From NCBI GenBank assembly GCA_000165425.1, contig CT867996.1, forward strand, positions 248,001-302,220: a DNA stretch of 54,220 nucleotides. Reading direction: 5' to 3'. Under the pieces are notes generated by a model that saw only the letters and a list, made by a program, of their open reading frames with translations, was not told the origin of the DNA and searched no databases. Shown here in pieces: positions 40,136-54,100 of this stretch. The translations under genes and the position numbers were made by a program. The DNA comes from Paramecium tetraurelia. Lineage: Eukaryota. How positions within the stretch are numbered: position 1 is the stretch's first letter; each line of letters begins with the position of its first letter.

Positions 40136-41518
40136 ATGATTATTATATTTTTTTTCCTTTATTCAGTACTATCATATACATTTGTGATTCATGGAGAAAA
40201 TACAACCACAATCGAATAAGACTCAATTTTATCTTCCAAATTTTCTCTAACAAACCCCATTTAAACTCAATGTTCGCCTATTCGACTTTACATTGTTGGC
40301 TCAACTTAAAATCAAAGCGAATTTATTGTAAAAAACAATAATGAAACCGATTTACACTTTTAATTTAACATCACATCAGTTGATAGCGATATCATAAGCG
40401 TTCATCATAATAAATAATTAGAAAAGATTACTATAAAACCTAATAATTCATTTGAATTTCATGTAAATTATATCTGCTTGAAGCAAATCGGAGAATAAAC
40501 TTGGACAACAATTCAAATTATGTATTAATTTAACGAAAACCAACACATTGCATATTATTACAAATTCTGTGGAGCTTCAGAGACATTTTTTCATCCATTA
40601 GCAGTTTTGTTGTTTTTTTCTTTATGTATTATAGTGAGCGGGTCTATTTATGGAATTAAAGAATGGAAATTGTTTGGGGGATCCTAGACAGAAGCTTATG
40701 GACCTAAAGCTGCAATTATTTTTATAATTGTTTCAAGCTTTCTTTTGATATCACTATATAAGTTTTAAACTTTTGCTTCTAGTTTCACTTACATTATCAT
40801 GATGTTTACAGCTTTTATTTCAATAGAAACAATATTGTTGGACATGTAAAACGAGTACTCCTATTCTAACAATATTAAAATATTGTTCTCAACAATAATG
40901 AGTGGTACCCTTATCATTCTATATCATCATACAAAAACCTGGATTCTAAATAATATCTTAGCAGTTTCTATAATATTTTTTAGTTTTCGAGTAAATTTCA
41001 TAATAAATTAGATTTTAGAGTTTGATTCTTTAAAAACAGGGACTATCTTTATGCTTTTAGCTTTGCTCTATGACATGTTTTGGATATTTGTTAGCCCAAC
41101 CATTTTTGGTTAGTCTGTTATATAGAACATCACAACCACAATTGAATTACCTATAAAACTCTTAAGTCCATCATTAATAAAAAATTGTAATTCCCCTTAT
41201 TAACAATGTTCAATTTTAGGAATTGGCGATATTCTTATTGTAGGATTGATCATAAAATACATTCTAAAATTTGAAAAGCTGTCTGGAGAAAATAGTTTAA
41301 TATTTTTTTCATCAATTTTAGGATATGGGATTGGATTAACATCCTATTTCATTTTAATCTATTTTTATCATATTTAATATCCAGCATTATTTTATATTAT
41401 ACCTACTACCTTCTTATCAATAGTTGTCCCAAGCACATTGAAATCATTGTTCCTTCAGATTTGGAATGGTACATTTGTAATTCAATTAATTGAGGAATAA
41501 GAGTTAGAAATGATTTGA
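40136..41518 (+). CDS. Signal peptide peptidase-like (A22B) aspartyl intramembrane protease with N-terminal luminal domain
   Basis: Signal peptide-like start, WILNNILA, LLYDMFWIF (YD), LPIKL, ILGIGDILI (GxGD) and YPALFYIIP (PAL). Probable 21-nt intron at 40991-41011. Confidence 0.9.
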
Positions 41519-41561
41519 TTACTATGTTAATATTTAAAATTTTTATTTTTTCATCACAATT

Positions 41562-44500
41562 ATGGGAAGTAAGAATCAATTTGAATTTATTAGATCTTTG
41601 TGGACAAGAAAGGTAAGAGCCGACGCAAATAATGCAATCCAAAGTCAAATTGGATAAAACGTTTGGAAATCTGAGAATTCAAGTAATTCAGGGAGAAGTT
41701 TTATCAGAAAAGGCAAATGCTTTTTGTAAAATATCATATTAATATTTAAGTAAATGCTGCAAATGAACCCTATAATACTTAACTCATTAAGAAGATAAAA
41801 GAAATCAAAAAATCCCCAAGTATTATGTTTTCTATATCATAGTAAAAAATGGAGTTCCCTAATTAGTGAAGTTTGAACCAAACCATATTGATTATATCAT
41901 AATGATTAAATTGTGTGAAGAACAGGTAAGATCTATTATTTAATATTTAGGAGGAAGATTATGAAAATTAAAGAACATAAGCATTTCTAGCTTCTTTTGA
42001 GTTGGCAAATAAGAATAACCTAAAAATCCTTTCCTTTACAGATCCTCCTTAATAACTTACTTAAAAAACTGAAGATCATTATTATATTAATTTATTTTTA
42101 TCGGCATTATTGAAGCACAAAAGAACAAAATAGGATTGTAAAATTCAATAAATAAAATTGATAAATTTGGAAATGAAGCTTTAAAATGTATATATTTAAG
42201 CCATTCAACAATAAGCTGAGAAGCTAAATAATAATAAATAAGAAGAGGATGTTTAACATTAAATTTAATAATAAGAAATATAAACTCAATAATCTGAGAA
42301 ATCAGACTTATTAGAATAGCAAAGCGATGCATAAATTGTACAATAGAATGAAAATAAAACAAATGATAAAGTGGTATCTGCTGATGGAGAAAAATTATAG
42401 CAGAATATCCATAATTAAGAAATTGCTAAAGTTGAATAAGTGAGCCAAGAATAAGTTGTACAAGTTTAAGTTGAATCTAGCCATCATGAGAAAGTTGTAG
42501 AAGTTGTACACGAAATTAAATAGGTTGTTAATGAGGTTCATTAAACTCAAGATTAACATGAAGTCAAAGAAAATTAAGAAATTGTTAAAGTAGAATAAGT
42601 GAGCTAATAATAAGTTTTACAAGTTGAAGCGGAATCTAACCATCAAGAAAAAGTAGTTGAAATCGTACAAGAAATCAAATAAGTAGCTCGTGATACTAAT
42701 AATTAATAAGTGACAAAATAAGATGAAGAATCTGCTAAAGTTGTGTAAGTTGAAGCTGAACCAAGCCATCATGAGAAAGTAGAAGAAGTTATACACGAAT
42801 TCAAATAGGAAGTTCATGAAACTCATGATTAACATGAGAAGAAAGAGAATGAAGATGCTGATAAAGTTGAATAATTTGTATAAGCCGAAGTTGAATCAAG
42901 CCATCATGAAAAAGTAGAAGAAGTTATACACGAAATCAAATAAGAAGTTCATGAAAATCATGATTAACATGAGAAGAAAGAGGTTGAAGAATCAGCAAAA
43001 GTGTAATAAGTTGTTTAAGTTGAGGTTGAATCTGCCCATCATGAGCAAGCTGAAGAAATTGCACAAGAAGTTAAATAAGAAGTTCATGAAATTCATGATT
43101 AACATGAAAAGATAAAAAATGAAGAAAACGTTAAAGTAGAATAAGTAAGTGAAGAACAGGTTGAAAAAGTTGAGCCTGAATCTGGTCATCATGAGAAGGC
43201 ATAAGAAATTATACACGAAATCAAATAAAAGGTTCATGAAGCTCACTAAGCTGAAAATCAACAAGAGAAGAAAGAAGAGGAAGAATCTACTAAAGTTGTA
43301 TAAGTTGAAGTTGAATCCAGCCATGATGAGAAGGTAGAAGAAATTGTACAAGAAGTTCAATAACCTGATGATTAACAAGAGAAGAAAGAAGATGTAGAAT
43401 CTTCTAAAGTGGAATAAGTTGAAGTTGAATCTATTTAACATGAGAAGGTAGAAGAAATTGTACATGAAATCAAAAAAGAGGATCATGAAGTCCATTAAGC
43501 TAATGATTAACATGAGAAGAAAGAGAATGAAGATGCTGATAAAGTTGAATAAGTTTTATAAGCCGAAGTTGAACCAAGGCATCATGAGAAAGTAGAAGAA
43601 GTTTTACACGAAATTAAATAAGAAGTTCATGAAAATCATGATTAACATGAGAAGAAAGAGGGTGAAGAAACCAATAAAGTTGAATAAGTTGTATAAGTTG
43701 AACCCAGCCATCTTGAAAAGGTAGAAGATATAGTACAAGAAATAAAATAAGAAGGTCATGAAACTCATGAAGCTAAAACTGAACAAGAGAAAGCAGAAGA
43801 AATTGTACAAGAAGACAAAAAGGAAGCTCATTAAGCTGATGAATAACATGAGAAATAAGAAGATGTAGAATCTGCTAAAGTTGAATAAGTTGAGGTTGAA
43901 TCTACCCAACATGAGAAAGCTGAAGAAATTGTACAAGAAATCAAGTAAGAAGCTCATGAAACTAATGATGAACATGAGAAGAAAGATGATGAAGAAATTG
44001 ATAAAGTAGAATAAGTAAGTTAAGAATAGGTTGAGTAAGTGGAAGTTGAATCTAATCATCTTGAGAAAGTCGAAGAGATTGTACACGAAATAAAATAAGA
44101 TGAAGCTCATTAAGCTGATGATTAACATGAGAAGAAAGAAAATGAAGATGCTGATAAAGTTCAATAAGTTGTATAAGCCGAAGTTGAACCAAACCATCAT
44201 GAGAAAGTAGAAGAAGTTATACACGAAATCAAATAAGAAGTTCATGAAAATCATGAGAAAATAGAGAATGAAGATGCTGATAAAGTTGAATAAGTTGTAT
44301 AAGCTGAAGTTTAATCCAGTCATCATGAGAAAGTAGAAGAAGTTATACACGAAGTCAAATAAGAAGTTCATGAAAATCATGAGAAAATAGAGAATGAAGA
44401 TGCTGATAAAGTTGAATAAGTTGTATAAGCTGAAGTTTAATCCAGTCATCATGAGAAAGTAGAAGAAGTTATACACGAATTCAAATAGGAAGTTCATGAA

Positions 44501-44845
44501 ACTCATGATTAACATGAGAAGAAAGAGAATGAAGATGCTGATAAAGTTGAATAAGTTGTATAAACCGAAGTTGAATCCAGCCATCATGAAAAAGTAGAAG
44601 AAATTATACACGAAATCAAATAGGAAGCCCATGAAGCTCATCAGGCTGATGAATAACACGAGAAGAAAGAACATGAAGAAATTGATAAAGTTGAAGATGT
44701 TGTATAAGTTGAAGCTAAACTCAGCCATCATGATAAGGTAGAAGAAATAGTTTAAGAAGTTAAATAAGAACTCCATGAAAATAATGATTAACCTAAAGAT
44801 AATGAAAATTAGCAACAGGATTCTAATTCAGATGTCCACAGTTGA
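41562..44845 (+). CDS. N-acylated (MGNLCG) protein with divergent macrodomain-like N-terminus and ~800-aa Glu/His/Val/Gln-rich tandem repeats
   Basis: Intron 41569-41593 gives MGNLCGQ... Macro-like motifs are LRIQVIQGEVLSEKANAFLNAAN and AFLASFELANKNNLKILSF. Three more tiny introns, then repeats to TGA 44843-44845. Confidence 0.8.
42430..44810 (+). repeat. Coding tandem repeat, unit ~126-150 nt (42-50 aa), about 17 copies
   Basis: Recurrent catcatgagaaagtagaagaagttatacacgaa. Consensus peptide approximately HHEKVEEVIHEIKQEVHENHDQHEKKENEDADKVEQVVQAEVEP. Confidence 0.92.
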
Positions 44846-45764
44846 ATATTTATGTTCATCAATTATTAATACAAATAATCTTATTCTTTTGAAGCTTATT
44901 TTCGTACACCAATATTATTTTTAATTTCTACCTCTTTTTCTTTACTACACACTTTCCCTTTTGGTTATTGAAATGTTTTCCCTTATTATATTTTTGCATC
45001 TTTAATATCCAAATTTTGAATTATATTTTTATAAAGAAAAAAACACTATTTTCAGAATAGAAAGAACAAATTGAATCTATTATTATTAAGGATAATTTAA
45101 TTTAAACAGACTAATTTTTTAATTAGATAAAAGAGTGATTAATAGCCTAAGACTATAAGAAGAATTAAACATATAATATTTAAATATCCATACTTCAAAA
45201 CACCTATAAAAGACTCCAATAAATTAAGCAACTCTGTGTTATAGCAGATGTCAGCGTATTTGCTAATAGAAATGATAGCATTCATTTTGACAATAGCTGG
45301 TTGACTTAAATTCCAAGACACTCAAAAACCTTTTAGATTAAAAAGTACCATATTAGCTTAATAAAAATGATAATTAAATAACAAATAAGATTGGATTTGG
45401 TAGACTCTTTAATTGATAATGCAAGAAATAAGTAAGAAGAAGAAAGGATATTAAACTTTAAGTAATTTTTATAAAATAGAAACAAAATAAGTCTCTCCTT
45501 AATTAGTTTAAAAACAATTCAAGCAATAAACTCAAGCCCAAAATTATTGGTACTTCTCTAAGTAAATTGGTTCCTATTATTACAAAATTAGAAGGCTCAA
45601 TAATAAGTTGGAAATTTAATTTTTTTATCATAAGAGATAAAATCTTATCGAATTGCAAGCAGACAAACCTTAACGTATTAACAATTTGAAATTGTTCCCT
45701 TTTTAAGGGGTTTAAAGAAAAAATAAAGTTTTAATATTATTATTCTTTTCTAATAATTTAAAAA

Positions 45765-47993
45765 TCATTCTTTATATTATCTTATCTAAATTTATGAAGA
45801 TTTGTTATCCCACGTCATCAAATATTTTCCATCATCAGTCATTGTACCGAAAATTCTACTTGTTTCATAATCAAGAACAAGTTATGTGACATAAGATTCA
45901 TTTTCTTATTTTTTTATAAAATTAACTTTGCTTCCATTCCTGTCAATTATCATTTACTTTTATTATATAAACTGTAAGGGAAAGTGGAAATAACATTCAT
46001 TCCCTGCTTCTACTTGAACATCTTATATCTTAATAAATTAATCATTAGAATCATTTATTGAAAAGATTTACATTTTTTTATTATTGAATGGTTAAAATGC
46101 AAAAGTTAAATCCTCGAGGAAGCACACCTTAACTCCCCATTCATCAATGTCTAATTTTTAAAATAAACTCCAATTATCTTAGAACTTAAAAATTTAAATT
46201 GAATTGTCTTTTCTTGAGCATGAAACCAAGTATTCATTAGATTAACTTAGACTAATACTAGAAATTTCAAATTTATGAGATAATGTTTAAATGCATTACC
46301 ATTCCTTATCTTTATCCCACACTTTTATTGAATAATCGCCGCTACCACTACCACCACTACTAGACATAATTTAATTCTCATTATTATTTATTGCTAAACA
46401 AAATATTCCTTATTCATGGCCTTTTAGCTTAAATTTAAGACCCCATAAATTATTGTTCGTTATTTCCCATATGATAATAGTTTTATCATAACTACCTGAC
46501 ACTAATGAATTTGATTTTTTGAAAAACTTTAAACAAATTATATATTCTTCATGATCTCTTAATTCTTCAATTTTTACTATTTATCCTTAATTGAATTCAT
46601 AAATATTAATTTTATTTGAATTAAAGAATCCAGCAGCAACACGAGTATAATCTACATTAAAAGCAAATGTCTCAACTCTTTCTTCTGTAACAGAATTAAT
46701 TATTTCATATTTAAACGGTGGCTAAAGAGTATTTTAATTTATCGATTACAAATTTTAAGGCTATAATTGAAGTGAATTTTCTCCTATTGAATTATTAGTT
46801 TATTCATTGTTTTCTGCAATATATTTTTCCCCTGATATTTCTCCATAAATTTAGTAAAACGCTGCAATGAGCTTTTCTTAGAATGACTTGAAATAATTTG
46901 AAAAATTTTTCTTTAATTATACTTATTAGATTTCGAATTCATTTTTGATCGCCTCATTAATTAATTCAAATTTATTTTTTTAACTTAAGATATTAGAAAT
47001 TTCAATAATTTCTAATTTATTTAATTAGTACCAATTTTTTGTCTTCAAATTAATTAAACTTTATGTTGCCTTACATTAAAAAGCATCTCTTAATAGCATT
47101 TCTTCAGTTAATTACTACGATAGATCAGTTATGACTTCTCTATAAGATGAAAATTTTGATATAGCCTTCTAAGCTTATTCTTTAAGATGTTTTTGTTGTT
47201 ATTCTTATTATTATAATGTATGATCTACATAACTCAACCATAATTATTTTAATTGTTCCAACTTCGTATATTTTATTGGGTATTCAGTAACGCAATCTAT
47301 ACATGCAATTCTATTTGGAACTGTTGCCTATTCATTTAAATCAACTAGAGCCACCTAAAGTTTGTGATTTTCACATTGCAAGTTTTAATTTGACAGTCTA
47401 CTTTATTAAAAGATTTCTGATGAAAAAGTTTGAATTACATCTTTGATTGAATTTTATTGATTATATTGAATTTTATCTAGATTCTACTCAAATTAAATAA
47501 ATTATTAATCCATTTTTAATCTATTTATTTATTGTCTATAACAGTTTTATAGATCTCTATAATCAATAAATAGGTGTTATTAATTAGTATTTTGAGAATC
47601 CAGCTAATTCAGTTGAGACATTGAGAGCTCACTTATTGATTTATTTTCCTTTTCTATGCCGTTTTTAATAAATTAAATTTATTGATCCATGTTCTACAAA
47701 GTCTTCTCTAGATAATTATTTTAAGTCGTTTTAAACTCTTTAAGGTGACCATATAATCCTTATATGATTTCTAAATTTTTCTGATGAAAGGCCTGTTTCT
47801 CGCTCAAAACTGTCCTTTTGACATTTTCAAATTGTTTTTCGGCTACTTGAACATCAACCCATAATTACTCGTTTTCAACACATTTTAAGCATCTATTTTG
47901 TAAGCGTTAGTCCTTCATTGAAAAATCAATATAAATTGCAGATTCATTGTGTTCCAAACACCTTGGTTCTTTTTCTCTTGATGTTTAAATCAT
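45765..47993 (-). CDS. Paramecium-type WD40-repeat protein with two N-terminal Cys/His zinc-finger-like modules and coiled coils
   Basis: Intronless 742-aa frame. CLEH..RCLKC and CENH..ACIDC modules; WD repeats LVSGSYDKTIIIW, GSGDYSIKVW and SQVISWFHA; ends DDGKYLMTWD..IRQYKE-TGA. Confidence 0.85.
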
Positions 47994-48156
47994 TTGAAGA
48001 TTAAAAAATTATTAAATTTTTATAATAGTTCTAATATCTAAAATAAAATACTTCTTATATAAAAAATCATCTAATTGTAAAAAGAAATTAATGATATTAA
48101 ATATTATGGTGCAGCAAAATAAGTGTTTAGAGTGAATAACTTTGTAAAATACTAAT

Positions 48157-51100
48157 TCAGACTATTCTATTTTAAACAAAAGTTACTGTAAATGATATTT
48201 ATGAAATAATTTTTTTAGAATCATAATGTTGTTTTTCAGGTTTTAGGGGATGAATATTTTCTTCCCCTTTAATTATTCTCTCTTTTAAATGCACTAAATA
48301 TCGACTTTTATTAATTTTCAAAGCTTTTTGGATTTTGGTTTATTCTTTCTGAGATTAACTAACTTGTGTTCAAGACAACCTCACTTTAGATGCTTTTTGC
48401 TTATGGAGATATAATTTAATTTTATTCTTACTCAAAACCCTTTAAACTTACTTGATTTGAGAGAAGGTTTTCATTAAGCCTAACATTATATATTAATAAT
48501 ATTACATTTTGAATTGCAAGATTCTCCTGGCTTAAGCCAAAAGATAAACTTTCAGTTTCTTATATTTTATTTTAACTCTTAATTGCTTTTATTTTTTCCC
48601 TTCCAAAATGTTATAAATTTTAGGGTGCTATTAAATGAAATGCGGAAAATTTTTCAAAATAATTTCTTTAAATTTATCGATTAATAGGTCTAATCTTTTG
48701 AAATAGGATAAGACAATTTGTATAATCATCTAAATTATATACAAAGAATTTATGAAACCCATAACAAAATAAGAAGGCAAAATAATTTCTTTTAATCCTT
48801 ATTATTAAGCAGTATAAATACAACTTGCCATGATAATTGAAATTGCACAAATAATTGTAGATTGAGTATCCAAGCGATTTAATTGTCCTGTAGCATATGG
48901 TTTATATGAAGTTGTTAAAAAGCTGTAATAAAATAATATTAGGAAAACAATCGAAGCTTTAATTTAAATATGATCATTGTAATAAATTAATACTATTATA
49001 ATTGCTTCCTTTTCAATTACTTTGAGCATTTCCCAATAAAATGCATGTTTTTTATACTCATTATATAAATATCCCCAAACTTTCCTTATGTTTATGCTAT
49101 TCAATTAATTTTTATTCTTAAATAACCTAAACATTAAAAAAAATGGAATAACACAGCCAATTAAGATTAAAAGTGGAATACATAAAGAATAAATCCATTT
49201 TTAATGAGAGATTGTGTCATACCTATACGAAACATTACCTTAAATCCAATTCTCATTTGAAATCCTTCTGTAAGACAATAGTGAGATGATTTACCCTATC
49301 AGATTTGGCTATAAATAAATGAATAAATAGATAAACGGAGTCGAAATATATGAAACATCGAGCCTAATTAATTTTATCGAAACAGCAATTCCAAGTAATA
49401 GAAAAAAAAATATTAAATACATAGCTGCCATAATCAAACTCCATATTAATTTAAAGTAAATTATTGCAATATTTGTAAAAGAAACTATAAAGCAATCTAA
49501 TGAATATGCCATAGATCCTATGGGATTTGCAAAACTTTGCATGATTATAAGTAAATTAAAGGGAACTTCTAGTTTGAATGTTGAAATCGCTTGGATAATC
49601 TATAAATAATTTGTAAATATTTTAATTAGAATAGCAGGAGATGCTTCTTTGATAGAATGAGATATTCCATAAGACCTTAATCTTATTTCTCTAATAAAGT
49701 CTTTCATTACCGCAACAGTACTACTAACTGATAATAAAACTGAAAGGAGAGTCCATAGACTTATTAAAATAGTTATGAAGATATTATAAGAAATTTAATC
49801 GCAATTTCCACATTGGAAATCTTAGCTCACTGAAAACTAGCCATTGCCTCTTATATCATATAGATCACACTATTCACATAGAGCTCCAATGTGCCCTAAT
49901 AAACACGAAGAATCCCCAGGCAGCCAGCCACCCATACAATTTTAAGGAAGATGGTAACAATATTCCACATTGTCGCTGTAGTAATAGGTTCTCCAATAAG
50001 AAGGCCTTAATTCAATCATTGAAGACTTTATTGAGTTTATTTTTGAATCATCCTTATAACTACAGCTTTTTGCCTCTAATTAAACAGAATATTAATTTTT
50101 ATATGGATCACAATTTACACATCCCCCAGAAGTATAATTCAAAAATTCTCCTATTTGACAAGGAAATGTTTGAATGTCCACAAATATTTTATAAGACATC
50201 ATAGTTTTATCTATTAAATATGGCGGTTTATCTTTATATTATGGGACTGAAACAGCATCACATTTAATAAAAAGCCTTAAAACAAGATCTTCGCTATAAT
50301 TTGGATTGAAATAGATTACTAAATTATCTAAATTATAATCGCCAGTAGATTAATTAAAACTAACATTATAAAAGGAAAGGCTAAATGTAACATTAAATTC
50401 CTCAGCATTAGCAGAAATGTTATAAACTAAAGGCGAAAGAGTACAATATGAATTATCTAAGCCTTTAATTTACTTTTTAAATTTGTCAAGAGCAATAACT
50501 CTCAATCGATAATTATAAGGAATAGGTTTTAAAGTAAAGTGATCAAAATATTTGTAATCTTAAATAATCAACCCAGATGGCAACTTCAGATATATTTATG
50601 AAACTGATAAACCATATGTTTTATAAGGATGGATAATAATTTGTTCAACTATCTCATTTTCAGAACTAACAAAGAGTTATTTTTCTAAAAGAGTCGACCC
50701 TCCATTTAATGATAACGTTAAAGAGCTTGGTTTTTCTACAAAATTATTGCCATATAGAGTTGAATTATTATTGACTATAATAACATCCAATCCCTTTGTT
50801 AATTAAAGATACAAGGAATTAATGAACAATCCGCCAGCAATATCAGCAAAATTCATAGTGATATCAGTTTCAATCATTAATAATTATTTCTAAAAGGAAG
50901 TATAATAGATAGCTCCACCTATTCGAGCAGAATTATTAAAAAATATACATTATCTAATCAACGTCTCAATGTCAATTTAAATATAATGAACCTCCTAATT
51001 ATGCTGAATTATTTATAAAGGTACTTTTCAAAATGGATAGTTATTAATTCATTTTGCTTTCTAAAAAATCATAATCAAGCTATCTTAGTAATCGAAGATT

Positions 51101-54100
51101 ATCAGATAAACTACTTAAAGTTGAAGATACATCAGTTGATTTAATAATTGATAAACAACCAGAATTACCACATTTACAATTTCTGATCTCAATATAAGAG
51201 AATTTCATGTTTTATCCTTCTATCTATTGAAAACCAAGGATCCTCATTAAACCAAATTAACATGTTTCACATATTGTATTTGAAAATTTGACATGTTAAA
51301 CAAATATGTATTGGTTTGAATTTAATTAATCTATTTCAAATAGACTAAAATTAGATTCAATATTTGAAAAAACTAAAATTTGATTACAAATAAGTTAATG
51401 CTATCTTTTCAAAGTAAAATCTGTCTCATCTATAGTTAAGGTATCTTTTTGGTTTTCTTTAGGACATAATATTTCACTTTCTAATTCTTCATCTACAAGC
51501 ATGCAAGCAGCATCTTAGGCTATTTATTTTTATTCTACATTAATAAATTCTAGATTATAAATCCTTAATTATCCAGCAAATTCTATTTAAAAATATAAAA
51601 TAAAATTACCTGATCTAAGATTCATTTTAAATAAAGGAGAATGAAATGTTGAACAATTAATGACTTTAATATCTGTCAAAATAATGTTATCAACTTAGTC
51701 TAATTAAAGCAAAAATTAAATATAGGTTGAGTGAAAATTACAATTATTTAATGTGAAGTTGCTAAACCTAGCAAAAATTAATGGATTAGAATTTATAAAT
51801 TATGAAGCCTAAGAATTAGTTAGTTATTCCAATAAGGAAAGATAACTATTTAATCCGTTTTGTGTTTAATAAAAATTGATATTTTAAAATTTTAAATTTG
51901 AAATTAAATTTTCAACTTTATTAGGAGAATATGCAAGGAAGGAGTATTTTATTGAAAAGCAATCTTTAATTGTTAAATTTATCAACTCAATCCTATTATA
52001 TATTTCAGATGGATTGATAACAATTCCTCCTCCTTCTTACTTAGCAAATGATGTATCAATTGATGAATTAATTAGAGAAAATATGAGTTAAGACAGAGAT
52101 GCATCAATATATAAGCAACCTCCACTTGAAAAAACCGAACTCTGCAATTACGTTTAAGTATTTGCAAAAAAAGAGTTCTAGATTAATATTTTACTCATTC
52201 CTTAAGTGGCAATATAGAATCCTCCACCCTATAATGAAATAGAACTATTAATTGAAATATTATTTATAATTAATTCTTTTACAATAAAGTATCCATTTCC
52301 ACCTTAGATTTTATTGGGAAAGCTGTCTCAAAATCAATTTAACCTAAATTTTGAATTGTTGGAAATATCAGACTTTAACTCATATTTGAAATAAATTTAA
52401 TGTTGCTGCTTGTAAATTATAAATTTTATAGTTGTAAGGTAGATGATTTTATGTAAATGATGGAATCACTTGAGTTTGTAACAAGATTATTGAAAAATTT
52501 GCAGTTTATTATGGAGGTTAAACCTTCTTACAGAGACATATATAGTACAGTTGCTGATGGGCTGGTTGAGTCTTAAAAATATTCATTTAGATGATTGTTG
52601 GAAAAATCGCTATTTGATATATTTATAACGCATGATTATGATGATGTAATGGAAATTATAGCTGCATTTTTGTTAGAGTCAGTAATTATTAATTTATTAT
52701 CCAAAAATTTTGAGTTCTAAATTATAATTGATTCATCTATTGATGCTTCCATAATATCATATCCTTAAAATATTATGTAAGCATTATTGAAGCTTAAGCA
52801 GCTTAAAATAGAAAATGATTCTATTTTCACACTTTTATATTAACCAATATAAAGAATGAAGTATTAATCCATTATTGTAAATTTTTTAACACAATCCATA
52901 GATGTATGTAAAACTTTTGACATCTATCTTTAATCCTAAGAGACTGTGAAATTCTTTATATTCAAAATTTCAGAATTAGGAATGCTAATTTCTGGAAATC
53001 CATATCCTCTTGAAATAATAATATTTTGTAACAAACAGATTTAACATTCAAAATAAATTATAGATTAATAATAAGATATTGAACTCTGTTATATTTTTGC
53101 TGTCAGCCTATTGTTGGACAGGAAAAAATCTTCTATTAGAAGATAAACATCAGATATTTCTTTATACCTTTTGATTAGTATTATTTATTAATGATTATTA
53201 TAGTAATTATTTATAATGTTGCAGGACTTTATAAAAATTCTAGATGATTCAAATAAAGCCTATTCTGACCTTGAGTAATCTACATCATTTATTATCAAGT
53301 TGCTATCAACAATTTAAGTATTATTGATAATACAATTTTCAATATTAATTTTATTGGATGAATAAAATCTAGAGTTATTAAAATATCTGCTATTTTCTAA
53401 TTAGACTGTTTCAAATTTAGCAAATATAACACAAGGAAGTTAAGCAAAATTTGAGTAAAATAACATTTCAATATTCTTTATCCTCAAATTATCAAAAACT
53501 ACTGTTCCTGTTGTATAATTTAAAAGACTGTTGCTTAAAATAAACGAAGATTACAGAAAAATAGTGTCTATTATTTCAACATCAGAAAAATTTGAATCAA
53601 AGTTTAAGTTATTTTTTAGAGCAATGAATTTAAATAAAGTTGAGTTGAAAAAAATAGAATTTCTGATAGTTAGCTTTTTCAAAAAAACTTAATTTTACTG
53701 AAAATTGTTTTAACCTTCAAATTAGAACAAATTTGATGAGAAAATGCGAAACTTTTCCAAAATTAGATTATTAATTATCAAAGAATAAGGAATATTTGAA
53801 TTAAATTATAATGTGTAATTTCTTGCTAAACCATTTTCAGTAATAAAAATGCAATTGATTATTTTGAGTGTTAAGGTTTATTTTAAATTATATAAATTAA
53901 TGATAGTGGAATCCAATGAGGTATATATATTTTCTCCAAAATTAAATTGAATATTTGTGAATGTTACAGATGTAAAATTACTTAAATTTATCTAAGATTA
54001 GATTTTTAATTTTGTTTGATACTCCTTCCCCAAAAATTCTATGTAAATTTTATTACAAAGTAAAAATATTTTAAAATAAAGTAGAGTAAATATTCTTGTT

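Noticed and set aside
42430..44810. Regularly spaced repeats superficially like a CRISPR array or satellite
   Set aside because: There are no unique spacers, units vary by whole codons, and they translate to a coherent peptide repeat within a eukaryotic CDS.
42087..44815. Long hydrophobic minus-strand ORFs (e.g. 403 aa at 43604-44815) resembling membrane proteins
   Set aside because: They are antisense shadows of the GAA/CAT/TAA-rich repeat gene on the + strand, which has a proper start, introns and TGA.
44900..45760. Open + strand frames between the repeat gene and the WD40 gene
   Set aside because: With only one stop codon, frames of this length arise by chance. No clear start, motif or intron-supported model.
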